From Zygnema circumcarinatum SAG 698-1b (Eukaryota > Plantae > Zygnematophyceae): a stretch of DNA of 64,000 nucleotides. The translations under genes and the position numbers were made by a program. The stretch spans positions 372,001 to 436,000 of the forward strand of contig CM074815.1 of the NCBI GenBank assembly GCA_037447605.1. Direction: 5' to 3'. The notes below the pieces were generated by a model. The model saw only the letters and a list, made by a program, of their open reading frames with translations, did not search any database and was not told the origin of the DNA. Position 1 is the stretch's first letter, and each line of letters begins with the position of its first letter. Below, in pieces: positions 26,001 through 38,499 of this stretch.

Positions 26001-27756
26001 ACATGTGACGGTTGAGAGAGACTCCGCTCCGTTCCATGTCGGAAACGAGCTCGAGAGCTTTTCCCATGTTGCCCTCCTGCAGAAAAATTTCAGTTGAAAT
26101 CTGTTGAATACTGTGAATATCTGTCAAGTCTGCCGTCTGAAGGTTCGAAGAAGGCTTTTTCTCATCGGTTATTCTTTCTCTCCTCCCTCTCCCTCTCCCT
26201 CTCCCTCGCTCCTTCCCTCTCCCTCTCGATCTCCTGCTCCCTCTCTTCCTGCTTCTCCCTCTCCGCTCCCTCTCCCTCCGTCACCCTCTTTCCCTCCCCC
26301 TCCCACTTCTCCTCGCTCTCTCCCTCCCTCAACCTCTCTCCTTCCCCCTCTTCCGCTTCCTCTCCCTCTCCCTCTCTTCCTCTCCGTCCCCTTCTCCTGC
26401 ACTCTTCCCCTCTCCCTCTCTTTCCCTTTCTCCCTCTCCATCTCTCCCTCTCCCTCTCCCTCTCTCCACCTTTCCCTCCCTCTCCCTCTCTCTTGCCCAG
26501 CAAAGGCGAGAAAGAGGAGATACCTGCGTGTACATGCTGAGGAGGGAGCCGAATGTTCGATCGGAAGGAGCGAGTCCCATGGCCTGAAAAAAATATTACA
26601 AAAAAACTATCAGAACTGTTCAAACGGACATAGAACACCCCGTGGAGACTGTGACTTACTTCTCAGCTCCATTCTTCAAAAAGTATCGGAGGGATTACCC
26701 TCTTTCTTCTTTCATTCGGAAAAATTAGGGTTTAGGGTTAGGGTTTCAGGCTAATTTTCAGGGAAAGCAAATTCAAGAACCTTGTTTTGAGTTTCCAGTT
26801 TTTTAAGTCTAGGGTTAGTTTAGAACTACAGGTTCAGGCTTAGGATTTCAGCTCTATGGTTGGACACCCTTATACTCCATAACTCCGAGGTATTTGAACA
26901 CTGTACGGAGGTTTAGAATTAGGGTTTAGCGTTCAGGGTTTAGGGTTTACGATTTAGGGTTTCGGGATTAAGGTTTAGGCTTCAGAGTTTAAGGTTTAGG
27001 GTTCAGAGCTTAAGGTTTAGGGTCAAGGATTTAAGGCTTAGGGTCTAAGGTTTAAGGCTCGGGGTCTAGGGTTTAAGGATTAAAGTTCAGGGTTTAAGAT
27101 TTAGGGTTTAGGGTTTAGGGTTTAGGGTTGCGGTTTAGGGGTCAGGGTTGAGGGTTTAAGGTTTAGGGTATAGGGTTGAAGGTTTAAGGTTTAGGGTTTA
27201 AAGTTTAGGGTTTAGGGTTGGAGTTTAGGGTCAGGGTTGAGGGTTTAGGGTTAAGGATTTAGGGTTTAGGGTTGGGGTTTAGGGGTCAGGGTTGAGGGCT
27301 TAAGGTTCAGGGTTGAGGGATAGGGTTTAGGGTTTAAGGTTCAGGCTTTAGGGTTCAGGGTTCAGGCTTTAGGGTTTAGGCTTGAGGGTTTAGGGTTTTG
27401 TCGGCGACCCTGATGCGCGCGAGCAGCGCCGCGGCCCGCGCCCCCTCCCCCTTCCGGCAGTGCGCCGCGAGGAGCGCGTTGAAGGCGCTCAGCGGCGCCT
27501 GCAGACCCTCCCGCTGCGCCGCCGCCAGGACCTCCTCCGCGCGCGCCACCTGGCCCACCTTGCTGCCACCCCCCCCCCGTGCTTCTGCCACGTGTCACCC
27601 TCTCATGCTTCTGCCACGTGTCAGACTCGTGATTGTGCCACGTGTCAACACATCTTCAACCGAAAGCATTGCAACCTGAGGAAGGACAATTGTTGCGCTC
27701 GCCGCCCCCCTCCCCCCTCTCCTTATCTCTCACTCTTTCCCCCTCACACTGCCGCC

Positions 27757-27791
<35 letters not shown>

Positions 27792-29419
27792 ATCTCTCTC
27801 TCGTCCCCTCCCTCCCCCTCAGCGAGAGTACCAGAAAGCATCGACGAGATTGCCCGCCACAAAGGCGGAGGGCGGCAGACCGGAGCTCCGGAAACGCTTG
27901 TACCACTCCTCAGCTGCCCTGAAAAAAAAAACACGCCAAAAAGAAAAAAGAAACGTAGTTCATAAACTTTTTTCAAGAAAAGAAAAGTACGAAAAGTCAC
28001 ATCACATCCAATCGACTCCAACAACGCAAGAAAATGACAAGAAATAAAGAGACCAAGAGTCCCAAAGGTAAACCAAAATGGGGTTCGGGATGACTGTAAG
28101 AAAAAGGAAATTTTGGGGCCTGCTATAATGGGGGCTAAATGGGGCATACACGGGGTCCTGCCGCCGCGCGTATCCTGAAATGAGAGTGCTGTAGGAGCCC
28201 TCCGTGAGGGCGAGGCCGTCGCGTTCCATGTCAGTTACGCACGCCTCCGCTCCGTGCATGTCGTCCGCCATCACATACGAATGCATCAACCTGCACACAT
28301 GGAACGGGGAGGGGGGGGGGGGGGGGGNNNNNNNNNNAGGGGGGGGAGGGGGGGGGGAAGAGTCGGGGGAGAGAGCGGGGAGGAGGGGAGGAGAGGGGGG
28401 GGGAGAGTGGGGGGAGAGAGTGAGGGGGAGGGGAGGAGAGGGTGGGGGGAGAGTGGGAGGAGGGTAGTGAGGGAGTGGCGGGGAGGAATGAGGGGGGGGG
28501 AGAGTGGGAGGGAGGGAAGTGAGTGAGTGGTTGGGGGGGGAGAGTGGGGGGGGAGAGTGGGGGGGGAGGAGTGGGGGGGGACAATGGGGAGAAGGGGAGT
28601 GAGGGAGTGGTGGGGGGGGGGTTGTGAGAGTGGAGGGAGGGAGAGAGTGTGGGGGAGGGGTAGTGGGGGAGGGAGAGAGAGTGTGGGACGGGCGGGAGAG
28701 TGCGGGGGGATGAGTGCTGGGGGAGGCAGAGAGTGGAGAGAAAGAGAGAGAGAAAGAAAGAAAGAGAGAGAGAGAGATTGAGAGGGAAAGTGGCAGAGAG
28801 AGATAGAGAGTTGAGAAAACGACGAGAGTTGTGGCAAAGGGAGAGAGTACTCTAAACCCTAATCCCACAAACATTCACCCTACACCATATACTGTGAACC
28901 CTAACTCCTCAGCCCAAAACCGGAATCCTAACCCTTGACCCCTTATCCTAAACCAATCCTAACCCAACACCCTAAACCTTCAACCCGCACTCCTCACCTA
29001 AACCTAAACCCTAAACCCTCAACCCTCAATCCTCAACCCTCCCCCTACACCCTCTCCCCCTACACCGCCTCCCCCTCTCCCTTCACCCCATCCCCAATTC
29101 CTCTTAAACCGTAAACCCTGAACCCTAACCCCTAAACCCTAAACCCTAAACTCTAAACCCTAAACCCTAAACCCTAAACTCTAAACTCTAAACCCTAAAC
29201 CCTAAACCCTAAACCCTAAACCCTAAACCCTAAACCCTAAACCCTAGGCAGAGGGCCGCCCAGAGGCGTGCACGCACGCGGTGTAGGAGTAGGTCGTGGG
29301 TTCGATCCCGAGCGCGCGCATGGCCTCGAAGGCGCTGCGCGCTCTGTGCTTGTCGCGGCGCCGCGCGTGGAAGCGGACGAGGAGGGAGAAGTCCCCGCGC
29401 TTGGGCTGCCCGGGGAGAA

Positions 29420-29466
<47 letters not shown>

Positions 29467-30656
29467 AAAGGGTATGTGGGGTGCAGAGAAGCCCAGACCA
29501 AATAGATGGTTAGACGAGCTTAACGGAAATTTTGACTAATGTAAGGAAAATTTCAAAGCCCAAAACCCGAGACCCTACACCCTTAAACAATTAAACCCTG
29601 ACCCCCAGATACTGCATTTTGAAGTTTGAACCCTAAGCCCTAAAACTTCACCTTCTCAATGGCTGCAAATGCCGCCATAACCCTCGGCAGGCTCCCCCCC
29701 TCCCCTCCCCTCTCTTCCAGCACCCTCCTAAAGGCCAGCCGCGCCTCGTAACGCTTTTCATGCCATGGAGAACGGTGGGAGGGAGAGAAAGCCTTTTCCC
29801 GCCCTCCTCTCCCTCCCTCTCTCCCTCCCTCTCCCTCCCCTCCTCCCTCTCCCACTCCCTCTCCCACTCCCTCCCTCAACCTCCTCTCCATAGTCGCCTG
29901 CATTTCCCTCTCCCGTCGCCCGTCGTCCAGCTTGACGCGCAGCGGGCGGCCCTGCCACGTGGCGCCATGTAATTCGCGGACGGCGCGGCAGGCTGCCACG
30001 TGGCGCTCTTCGGGAGTGCCCCCCCCGAAGAAGGCGAAGGCGAAGCCGTTGTTGCGTTCCGGGTGGGTGTGCGAGCCCACGAGGATGAGCTGCTGTACGG
30101 ATCCGTACGGCCGCAGGAGGGCAAGGAGGGCGGGCTTGGAGGCGGAGAAGGGGAAGTTGGAAAGGACGAGCTTGCCGGGGTGGCCCTGGTGGGGGAGGGA
30201 GGGGGAGGGGGAGGGGGACGGAGAGAGGGAGGGGGAGGGGGACGGAGAGGGAGAGAGGGAGGGGGAGGGGGAGGGAGAGGGATTGCGAGATGCAGAGGTA
30301 AAAGGGGAGGGAGTGGGAGAGAGAGAGGGGGAGGGGGAGGCAGAGGGAGGGAAAGAGGCAGAGGGAGGGAGAGTGGCAGAGGTAAAGGGGGAGGAAGAGG
30401 GAGAGAGGGAGACTTTGGCACGTTCTCTCTTATTTTCAAGCCTCTCCGTCTGTGGGGTTTTTGGGAGGTGAGTTTCTATGGGGGGGGTTAAGGAGGAAGG
30501 GGGAGGGAGGGAGCGGCGGAGAGAGGGAGGCCAAGTCTGTCGCTTTGGGAGAGGGAGATAGAGGGATAGGGAGGAAGAGTGGGAGAGAGAGAGGGAGGGG
30601 AGGAGAGGGAGGCGGGGGAGGAGGGGGGAGGGGGAGTGAGGCGCTGAGAGGGACAT
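23021..30656 (-). CDS. PPR4: RRM + pentatricopeptide-repeat protein, PPR4 ortholog (plastid rps12 intron 1 trans-splicing factor in land plants)
   Basis: Exons ~30656-29652, 29405-29278, 28290-28153, 27913-27829, 27549-27409, 26583-26524, 26077-25648, 25197-24898, 24184-24055, 23604-23021 (internal bounds approximate). RRM ERNNGFAF..LHGATWQGRPLRVKLDDGRR, WHEKR, P-type PPRs, GWAWASYPEKAL, FHCLLSGLLSRA, TAKHWGKC. Confidence 0.88.
25238..25630. repeat. Telomere-like (TTTAGGG and variants) intronic array in PPR4
   Basis: ggtttag, ggggtagggttta and cagcattagggttt sub-repeats. Confidence 0.85.
26725..27400. repeat. Degenerate (TTTAGGG)n intronic array in PPR4
   Basis: Several hundred bp of 7-bp periodic ggtttag/ggttcag/ggtttaa. 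Confidence 0.85.
28850..29247. repeat. (CCCTAAA)n intronic array in PPR4, opposite orientation to the other two
   Basis: Near-perfect aaaccct tandem at 29130-29247. Confidence 0.9.
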
Positions 30657-31283
30657 GGAACTTAGGGTTTAGAGTGTCAAATCGGGATGGATTCGGGTTT
30701 TTAATGAGGTTTAAGAATTAGGGTTTGGGGCTGCAAAGAGTACAGGCTTCATTCGTATGATATGGGGCGGTTTAGGGTTTGCAATAAGGTTTTAAAATTA
30801 GGGTTGGAGCGGTTCATGGTTTGGAGTTAGGGTTCAGAATGGTTTAGGGATTGGATAAGTTAGGGTTCAGAGCGGTTTGGGGTTTGAGAGTAGAGTCTAC
30901 CATCAGGGTTTAGGGTTTAAGGTCTAGAATTAGGGCTTTTAAGGCCCCAATGCAGAGGGGCCCCCCCTTACTAATTCCAGGATCCATCTAGACCTCTGTG
31001 AAGGTCCGCTAGTTTTGACTGGGGCTCTGACCTGTCCGTACAATTGGGCCGTACGAAGGTGTCCGAAAGGTACAGTACTACAGTACTGTACAGTACTTTA
31101 CTGTACTTGTACTGTACAGTAATCTCCCCTTTACCAGTTACTCGATGCAATGTAAGGTATCCCGATATATCGGAAACACGATACATCACGATATATCCCG
31201 AAATGTGTGATTCTGAGCGTCGATTTCTCAACCCTAACTTTTGGCCTTTGGTTTCAGTTTGGAGCAGCGTACGGAAATGTGTA

Positions 31284-31474
31284 CAGTAGACCCCCCCAAT
31301 ATTTTCGCCCCTCTTATTTTCGCTCCCCAATATTTTCGCCCTGAATTTGCCAAAACCACTTTTTAATATAATACTGCCCGCCTATTGTTAACACGCAACC
31401 TTATATTTTCGCTACCCAATATTTTCGCCCAATATTTGCCGAAACCATGGCGAAAATATTGGGGGGGTCTACTG
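31284..31474. mobile_element. Tc1/mariner-type MITE, 191 bp, TA TSD
   Basis: ta|CAGTAGACCCCCCCAATATTTTCGCC ... GGCGAAAATATTGGGGGGGTCTACTG|ta; perfect 26 bp TIRs and internal subrepeats atattttcgc. Confidence 0.9.
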
Positions 31475-31790
31475 TACATAACCGTACGGTACCGCCAACT
31501 TTTGCCGTACAGTTGTTGGCACGTGGCGTCGTGCCAGCCGTCGGATTCCGAGATCCAGGGCTGCCCGTACGACTCCGAGCGCCACGAGCAGCGGATATGG
31601 CTAAACCCTAAAGTTGTCTCTGGAGGCGGAGGGGAGGAGAGGAAGAGGGAGAGAGGGAGCGAGGCCTCGAAGCAGGCAGTGGAGGGAGAGAAAGCAGAAG
31701 GAGAGAGGTAGAGGGAGAGGTAGGAGGGAGTGGGAAGGGGAAGAGGGGAAAGAGAGAGGGAGAGGGAGAGGAGAGGGAGGGAGAGCAGCC

Positions 31791-34700
31791 ATGGACGCGC
31801 TTGCAGTGTCGGTGGCGGGAGGAGTGCCCCATGTGGCGTGCCAGAAGAGGTCTCTGTTGCACAGGCGGACCTTCCCTACCTCCCCCATTCTATGCGTTTT
31901 AGGGTTTGCAGGGGAATGCCATCTCTGTACTTCTCTGAGTGCTGCCAGGGTTCGGAGATTTTAGGGTTTTAGTTAGTTTTAGGGTTCAGAGCCTCCACAT
32001 TTTGAATTTTAGGTTTCCCAAACTTTTGGGTTTCTATGCTGCTCGTGCTCCGTTCCCCGTTTCCGTACAACTGTCCCCCCCCCCCCCCCCACATGGAACC
32101 TGTGTCGCGCTTGGCTACAATTTACTGAAACTGACTCGAATTCGCACTTGTTGCTATTTCTTCAAATTCCGAATTGAGAAATGACGAATTCTGAATTCCT
32201 CATTTTCGAAATTTTCTGCAATGCAGCGTTTCTATGCACACAAATCTGCGAAATGAGTTTTACGGATCTCAGTTGCACATGGAGACTCCGCGGCGCTTCG
32301 GAGGTCACGTGAAGCAGCAATCTTCCTTCCTCAAGGTCAGCAAATTTATCTTATTCTATCTTGTCGTATTCTCTTTATCCGCGTGTTTGTGTATGTATTT
32401 TATTTGTTTGCTGATTCACTTATTTGCTCACCTGCACATCGGTTTTCCTTTACCAAATGTGACCCAATTCGTGCTCATTATTATTTTTTTTTTTTTTGCT
32501 TTTTACTCGACTCTCAATTCACGCACTACAATGATTGTAATGTGAAAGAAAAGAAATAAAAATTTCGGAAATTGTTTGTGTTTGTGACCTGTGCTTCAAT
32601 CGCTGGTCCTTTTTTAGGGTTCAGAGTCGTGCATCTTTGTTCTCCCTCTTCCCTCCTCCATTTCGTCCCTCCTCGCTCCCTCTTAGGGCCTCCATCTTCC
32701 TTGCTTCCCCACTCTCATCCCTTCCATCCTTCACTCTCCTCCCATGGCTTCCTCCACTCCTCCCTCGCATCTGCCTCCTCTCTCTTCCTCTCCTTCTTCA
32801 ATTCTGCAGTGCCCTACCTACCCTACGTTTCTACCTCGCCCTCCCACTCTCCCTCTCCACTATGCCCTCCTCCTTGCTTCTTCCCACCGGTTACATCTCC
32901 CTCTCTCTCTCCCCCCCTCCCCCTCTCTCTCGTCTCTTCTTACATATCACTTCTGTTCCCCCCAATCTGCACCGCCTTTCCTCTCCTTCACCATCTCTCT
33001 CCCTTCTCTCTTCCCTCTCCTCTCATTTCTCCGACTTTCAGCATCCGGCCTCCCTCCTCCCTGTCTTCGTCCTTCATTCCCTCACTCTTCCCATCCCTCC
33101 TACCTCTGCTGTCTTCATTCAATCCCGCAGCCACTCTCACCATGCCTTGTCTTCCCCTCGCTCGTTTCTATCGTCTCCTCCCGTGTCTTGCCTCCTCCCC
33201 TCTCACTCCTCTCCCACCCTCCCCTCGCTTGTTAGGGATTTCCCTACTTCTCCTCCCCTCTCTTCCCTTCTCCCTCTCTCTCGCTCTCTCCCACCTCCCT
33301 CTTGCTTGTTAGAGTTCAGAGAACTGAACTTCCTCCAATTCGACCATTTTTAAAAAGTTTTGATTGCGATGTTTTTTTGTCAGGTTGCCCTCTCTGTCTT
33401 TATTGTGAAGGTTACGACCGGATCCATGACCTCTTTTTCAACTGTCTAAGTTAACATCGATGGTTCCATGTATTTCCGTTGCAGATCGAGATGGCGATTT
33501 CAAAAGAAAAGAAGGCGTTGACCATAGAACGGGCCAAGCAGGAGCTCGAAAACTGCACACTCATCGCCAGCATTAACTACAAGCGGTTCACGGTAAACTA
33601 CTGCCTCCAGTTACTCCTTGTCTATATTTACGTTTTTCTATTTATCTTTTTTATCCTCGTCTTGTTTCAAATTTACGTTTTGCTTTATCAAACTGAAGGT
33701 GTCTGGAAAAGGGAAGTTTGGATTTTTTTTCTGGTTTTTTTTGGGTATGTCAAGTAGTAGCACCTAGATTGTTTTGTGTTAGTCATTTAGATGGGTTTCA
33801 CGCACCCCCCCTCCCCTCTCCCCCCCTCTCTCTCCCCCCCTTCCTCTCTCCCCCCTCGTGCCTTCTCTCTCTCTGCCTCCCCCAATGCAGCTCCCTGCAC
33901 ATTGTGTCTCTCCCTCTGAGCCCTCTCGCTTTCTAGTTTTTCTCTCCCTGCCCTCGCTCTCTCCGCCTCCCCGCCATCTGTATCTCCACCGTTTCCCACC
34001 TCCTTCCCTTCCCTTTGTTATCCCTCTCCCTTCTCTTCCAGCCCTNNNNNNNNNNCCCCCCCCCCCCCCCCCCCCCCCCCCTCTCTCTTCCCCCAAACCT
34101 CTCCTTTCTCTAACGCAGACAATTGTCTCTTTCAGGTGAAGCAATTCCAAGATTTCCGCCGGAAGCTTCCGGAAACCACCACTCTCTATGTCTGCAAGAA
34201 CAAACTTTTGGGAAAAGCTATTGAAGGGACTCCCTTCGCTGCTTTGAGCCCCGCCATGAAGGGAATGAACGCCTTCCTTTTTGTTCACACGGAGGAAATT
34301 CCCGCCGCGTTGAAGCCGTACAGGTACGGAAAATGCTGAAAGGGGACTCAGTAGTTTAGGAAGATAAGTTTCGATAGGAGATTTAGTGTCGATGAGAAAA
34401 CATATTTCTGTAGAAGGACTAGATTGAAAGATGTGGTGAAGAGGTGGTTCGTTTGGGAATGGGTGAGGCGGAGGGGAGATGGAGGGAGTGGGAAAAGGAA
34501 TGAGGGAGAGGGAGAGAGGGAGGGAGGGGGCAGGGGTGATGGAGGGGGAGAGGATCGGGAAGAGAGAAGGGAGAAGAGAAGGGACAAGATGGGAATGTGG
34601 GAGTGGGATGGAGGAGGCAAGGTGAAGTAGAAAATATTAGGTAAGGGAAGGACTCAAAGATAAAGGTAAATGTCGGAAGGAGAGGGGAGAGAGAGGTAAA

Positions 34701-35497
34701 AAGGGAGAAAAATGTAGTAAGGATCTTTACTCTTTCTATGTGCTGCTTGTGATGAGTATTGGCCTGCAGAGACCTGCAGAAGGAGCTGAAGCTCGAGGAT
34801 AATGACTTTACCGGAGCAGTTTTTGAGGGCAAATTTTATTCTCCAGAGGAGTTCATAGTGCTGGAGAGCATGCCCACCAGATTGGAGCTGTATGCGAAGC
34901 TTCTGGGAACCTTCAAGGCCCCTGCAACCAACCTTGTATCTACGCTCCAGGTACGGAGAGGACAGAGGAGAGGGGGGGGGAGAGGGAGAGGAGAGAGGAA
35001 GGGGGGAGAGGAAAAGGAGAGAGGGTGGGGGAGAGGAGAGAGGAAGGGGGGAGAGGAAAAGGAGAGAGGGTGGGGGAGAGGCGAGAGGGAGGGGGAGAGG
35101 GAGAGGGAGAGGAAAGAGGAGGGAGGTTGGAGCGAAGGGGGGAGAGGGAGAGGAGAGAAGAGGGAGGTTGTAGAGAAGGGAGGAGGGAGATGTGGGGAGA
35201 GGAGAGAGGAGGGAGAGGAGAAAGGGAGGGAAAGTGAGAGAAGAGAGGGGGGAGAAAGGGGAGAGAGTGGGGGACACGAGCGGGAGGGGAGCCGAGAGTG
35301 GGAGGGGGGAAACAGAGAGGAGAAAGCGGGGGTGAGAGGAAGTACTTCAGTTACTTTGTTTCTTTATTTGATTGTGTATTCTTTTTCCGTTATGTAAACT
35401 TGGCGGGTTTTGTGGGCAGGCGCCGGCTCGGGACCTTGTGTTCACACTGAAGGCGTATGTGAAGAAGCTCGAGGAGGAGGAGGGAGGCAGCTCCTAA
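31791..35497 (+). CDS. RPL10: Plastid 50S ribosomal protein L10 (uL10c)
   Basis: Exons ~31791-31849, 32227-32335, 33485-33592, 34136-34323, 34770-34950, 35421-35497. AISKEKK..INYKRFTVKQFQDFRRKLPE..KNKLLGKAIEGT..KGMNAFLFVHTEEIPAALKPYR..NDFTGAVFEGKFY. Confidence 0.93.
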
Positions 35498-35892
35498 GGA
35501 AAGGATAAAAAATAGGATCTTGTACCCCATTTGTACCCCATTTTCTGAGAAATTCCCTTTATTGTAGAAGTAGAATAGTGGTCTAAAAGAGGGGCAAGGT
35601 TTCAAGGTATGAAAGCTGGTAGCGATTTTTTCAGAAACGCCGCAGGATGTGTGACATTGTCACGCTCAAATTTCACCTTTTTTAATTTCTCGTAGAAACC
35701 CTAAAACTCTAAACCCTGATTCCCCTTAACCCTAAACCCTAAACCCTAAATTCTAAATCCTGAGCCCTAAACCTTAAACCGACTGACAGCATTGCCATTG
35801 CCAAACATACAAAAAAAAAAGAAAAAAAAGAAAAAAAAAGTCTTTTGGCCTCACAATGCTCTTTAAGCACACGTTCAAACCACAGCTCCATC

Positions 35893-37077
35893 TTATATCT
35901 GTTGCGGTATTAAGTGCACTTTAAACTTGGCCATAAAAGCAGCGTCCGTACTTTTGAACAAGGAATACAGCGCATACTCCTTGTGATCAATTCCTGCCTC
36001 CACCAGTGCCCTATGCCTCAGCTTCAGCCGCTTTTCAAGGGAGAGATTAAGTAACTCCGGATAGTTGAGAATCTCCTCTTTGCTACGGCCCATCTCAGTC
36101 AATAAGAAGTCAAGCTTGGACTTAACAGTATCCCAAGAGCTGCTAAGCATTAAGGGCCTCGATTTCACCATTTTCAAGGCAGGAAGGTCCCCGAAGTGCT
36201 GCTCCAGCTGCCTGTACGTGTTATCCATTGTGTTTCGTGGTGCTAATAAAATCGTTCGGTGATTCTGCAGCACTTTCTGAGCTCTATCGGGCCCGAAAAT
36301 CGCCTCTAATCCCGCCACAACATCCTTGAAGTGATGGCCCTTTCTTCTAACGATGTTAGGGAAAAGAAAGAGCAAATCCTTTCTTGCGTCAGGGAAGGTT
36401 GACCTCACAGCTTCAACTCCCTCCTTTATTGTTTCAGGACTGCAGGAGAAAATGGTTGGGTAGTTTTCCAGCATAGTGCCTGTGAGAGGGACGCCTAACT
36501 CCTTCCATAGACGAACCTTCGCCTCAAGAGTCTGCACACGGTTTCCCAAAATTCCCGGCGTTTTTCTTATCACCTTCCCTAAGTTCGTCACCTTCAAGGT
36601 GTTCAGAAGGAACTCGATCACGCCTTCCTGCCTCGCATCTGGAGCGAGGAGGAAGTTTGTGGTCAAGGAAGTGCGCTTTAAGGCGCTGAAAAAGTCGTGG
36701 GAGTTGACCCCATGGCTCTTGAAGAAAGCTGCTTTAGGAAGGATATGCTTATAGCCCCTTATAAGGACACTCTTCTTCTTATAAACAAGGCGGTGGACAT
36801 CCTGCTGCGTGCATGCTAAGCTCAGGAGAGCGTCCACTGCTTCTTGGAGAGCCCTCGTCGAAACCGCAGTTTCTTCCTCAGCCACGGTGGCTATGCCTGC
36901 ACTCGCTTTTTCAAGTTTTTTTCCCTCCTTGCTGCTGCTGCTGCTGCAGTATCCATGGCGCCCTTGAAGGGACTGAGTGTAAATGATCTGTTCAAGGGAT
37001 GGATGGTACCATGGTAGGCGGAACGGAGATCCGTTCCAGACGGTCCGGCGAAAAAAAGGAAGAAAGGAAGCCGCCAT
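35893..37077 (-). CDS. mTERF family protein, intronless, organelle-targeted
   Basis: ORF with mTERF-like repeats (VIRKTPGILG, MLENYPTIFS, VKSKLDFLLTEMG, EILNYPELLNLSLEKRLKLRH, LFKSTDAAF); first ATG at 37077. Confidence 0.85.
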   Translation of the reverse strand: MAASFLPFFRRTVWNGSPFRLPWYHPSLEQIIYTQSLQGRHGYCSSSSSKEGKKLEKASAGIATVAEEETAVSTRALQEAVDALLSLACTQQDVHRLVYKKKSVLIRGYKHILPKAAFFKSHGVNSHDFFSALKRTSLTTNFLLAPDARQEGVIEFLLNTLKVTNLGKVIRKTPGILGNRVQTLEAKVRLWKELGVPLTGTMLENYPTIFSCSPETIKEGVEAVRSTFPDARKDLLFLFPNIVRRKGHHFKDVVAGLEAIFGPDRAQKVLQNHRTILLAPRNTMDNTYRQLEQHFGDLPALKMVKSRPLMLSSSWDTVKSKLDFLLTEMGRSKEEILNYPELLNLSLEKRLKLRHRALVEAGIDHKEYALYSLFKSTDAAFMAKFKVHLIPQQI

Positions 37078-38043
37078 GGCGCGGACTTCTGAAGCATGCG
37101 GCCGCTGATAGAGAGTCACTTCCTCATTTCTTGTCGCAGAAGGCTTCCAGCACTCAACCCTAATCTCTTGGACCCAACTCTGACCCTAACCCTTACCCTA
37201 GTGCTAACCCTAAAGCAAACCCTAAACCTAACGCAAACCCTAACCCTAACCTTAACCTTAAACATAAGCATGCATGCATTTGGCATTCCATGGTGATATT
37301 AATGCACATTTCTCCCCCATAATCACCAAATGAACTCTTATCATTACTATCAAAAAGGGAAGTTAGAGGCGCACTGAGGAATGCGAGGCTGCAGAAGTGC
37401 AGAAGCTCCGGCTTACTGTTCTTCCCTCAATTACATATGTAAACAGTTAACAGTTCCAGTTTCAGTAAACAGTCGCAGTTCCATGTTTCCAAAACACGGA
37501 ACTGTTACCGTACTGTGCAAAGACGACACTCCGGCACTAGAACGGAACTGAAACTGGAACACTAACTGCCCGTATACTATGCGATTGCATGGAACGGGCC
37601 ACACGTGCCGCGCCCTTCAAACGAGCGCCTGGAAAGGCTCCCCCTTGGAGCAATTTGAACTTTCTTGGGTCATGTTTTGATGAGTGCAACGGAAACTGAA
37701 CACACACAGAACACGGCAGTGCGAGATGTACGGAAAAAACTGCATGTCACGGTCACGGTCATTTTCAGTGAAATTTCGATTTTTTGTACGAGAATCGAAC
37801 AAACAAAGACAAACCAAAAGAACTTTTGGATATACAAACGGTAACAATGTTCAATCTGCCTTAGAATCAATACTGCCCTCCCTCCCTGGTCTGCTGTCCA
37901 AGCACAGACTCTCCCTTTCTTATCACCTTATTCTTACCAGCATCAACGTTTTCATCTCTGTAATGTTTCGCTCCATTTACAGGGATGCTCTTTCTTAACA
38001 GTTCGCCCTCTCTCTCTCTGATTTTCGAGGGAAGAAAATGGCA

Positions 38044-38092
38044 TTGAACATGAACATGAACATGAACATGAACATGAACATGAACATGAACA
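38044..38092. repeat. (TGAACA)n microsatellite
   Basis: About 8 perfect hexamer copies. Confidence 0.9.
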
Positions 38093-38499
38093 TTGGCATT
38101 GATTGGCACTCTCTCGTTCTCTATGTCGATTGTACTGTAATGTCGGATATTCAAGGTCGTACGGTGGAACTGTACGATCAGGGCTAGCGCAATTCAAGTT
38201 TGCAGGCGTTCATATTCGATGGTCGTAGGGTCTTTTTAACAGTGATCTAAAACTTGGAAATTTTTAGATAGTAGAACGTTCTAATTCTGAAATCTAGAAC
38301 GCTAGAAGTCGCTTGTACGGACAGGTCTACAGTACATCCTTCCAGTACAGTACAGTACCGCAAAGTCCAAAAAAACACAAGCTACAAAAGGAATTTGGTA
38401 CACCCTATGAAAATCAACCAATGAGTCTGTGCCAGGTGTCCAATCGTACTCGTGTCGATTGTTCGGCTTTACGACCAAGCGCCAGCGCCAGCACCAATA

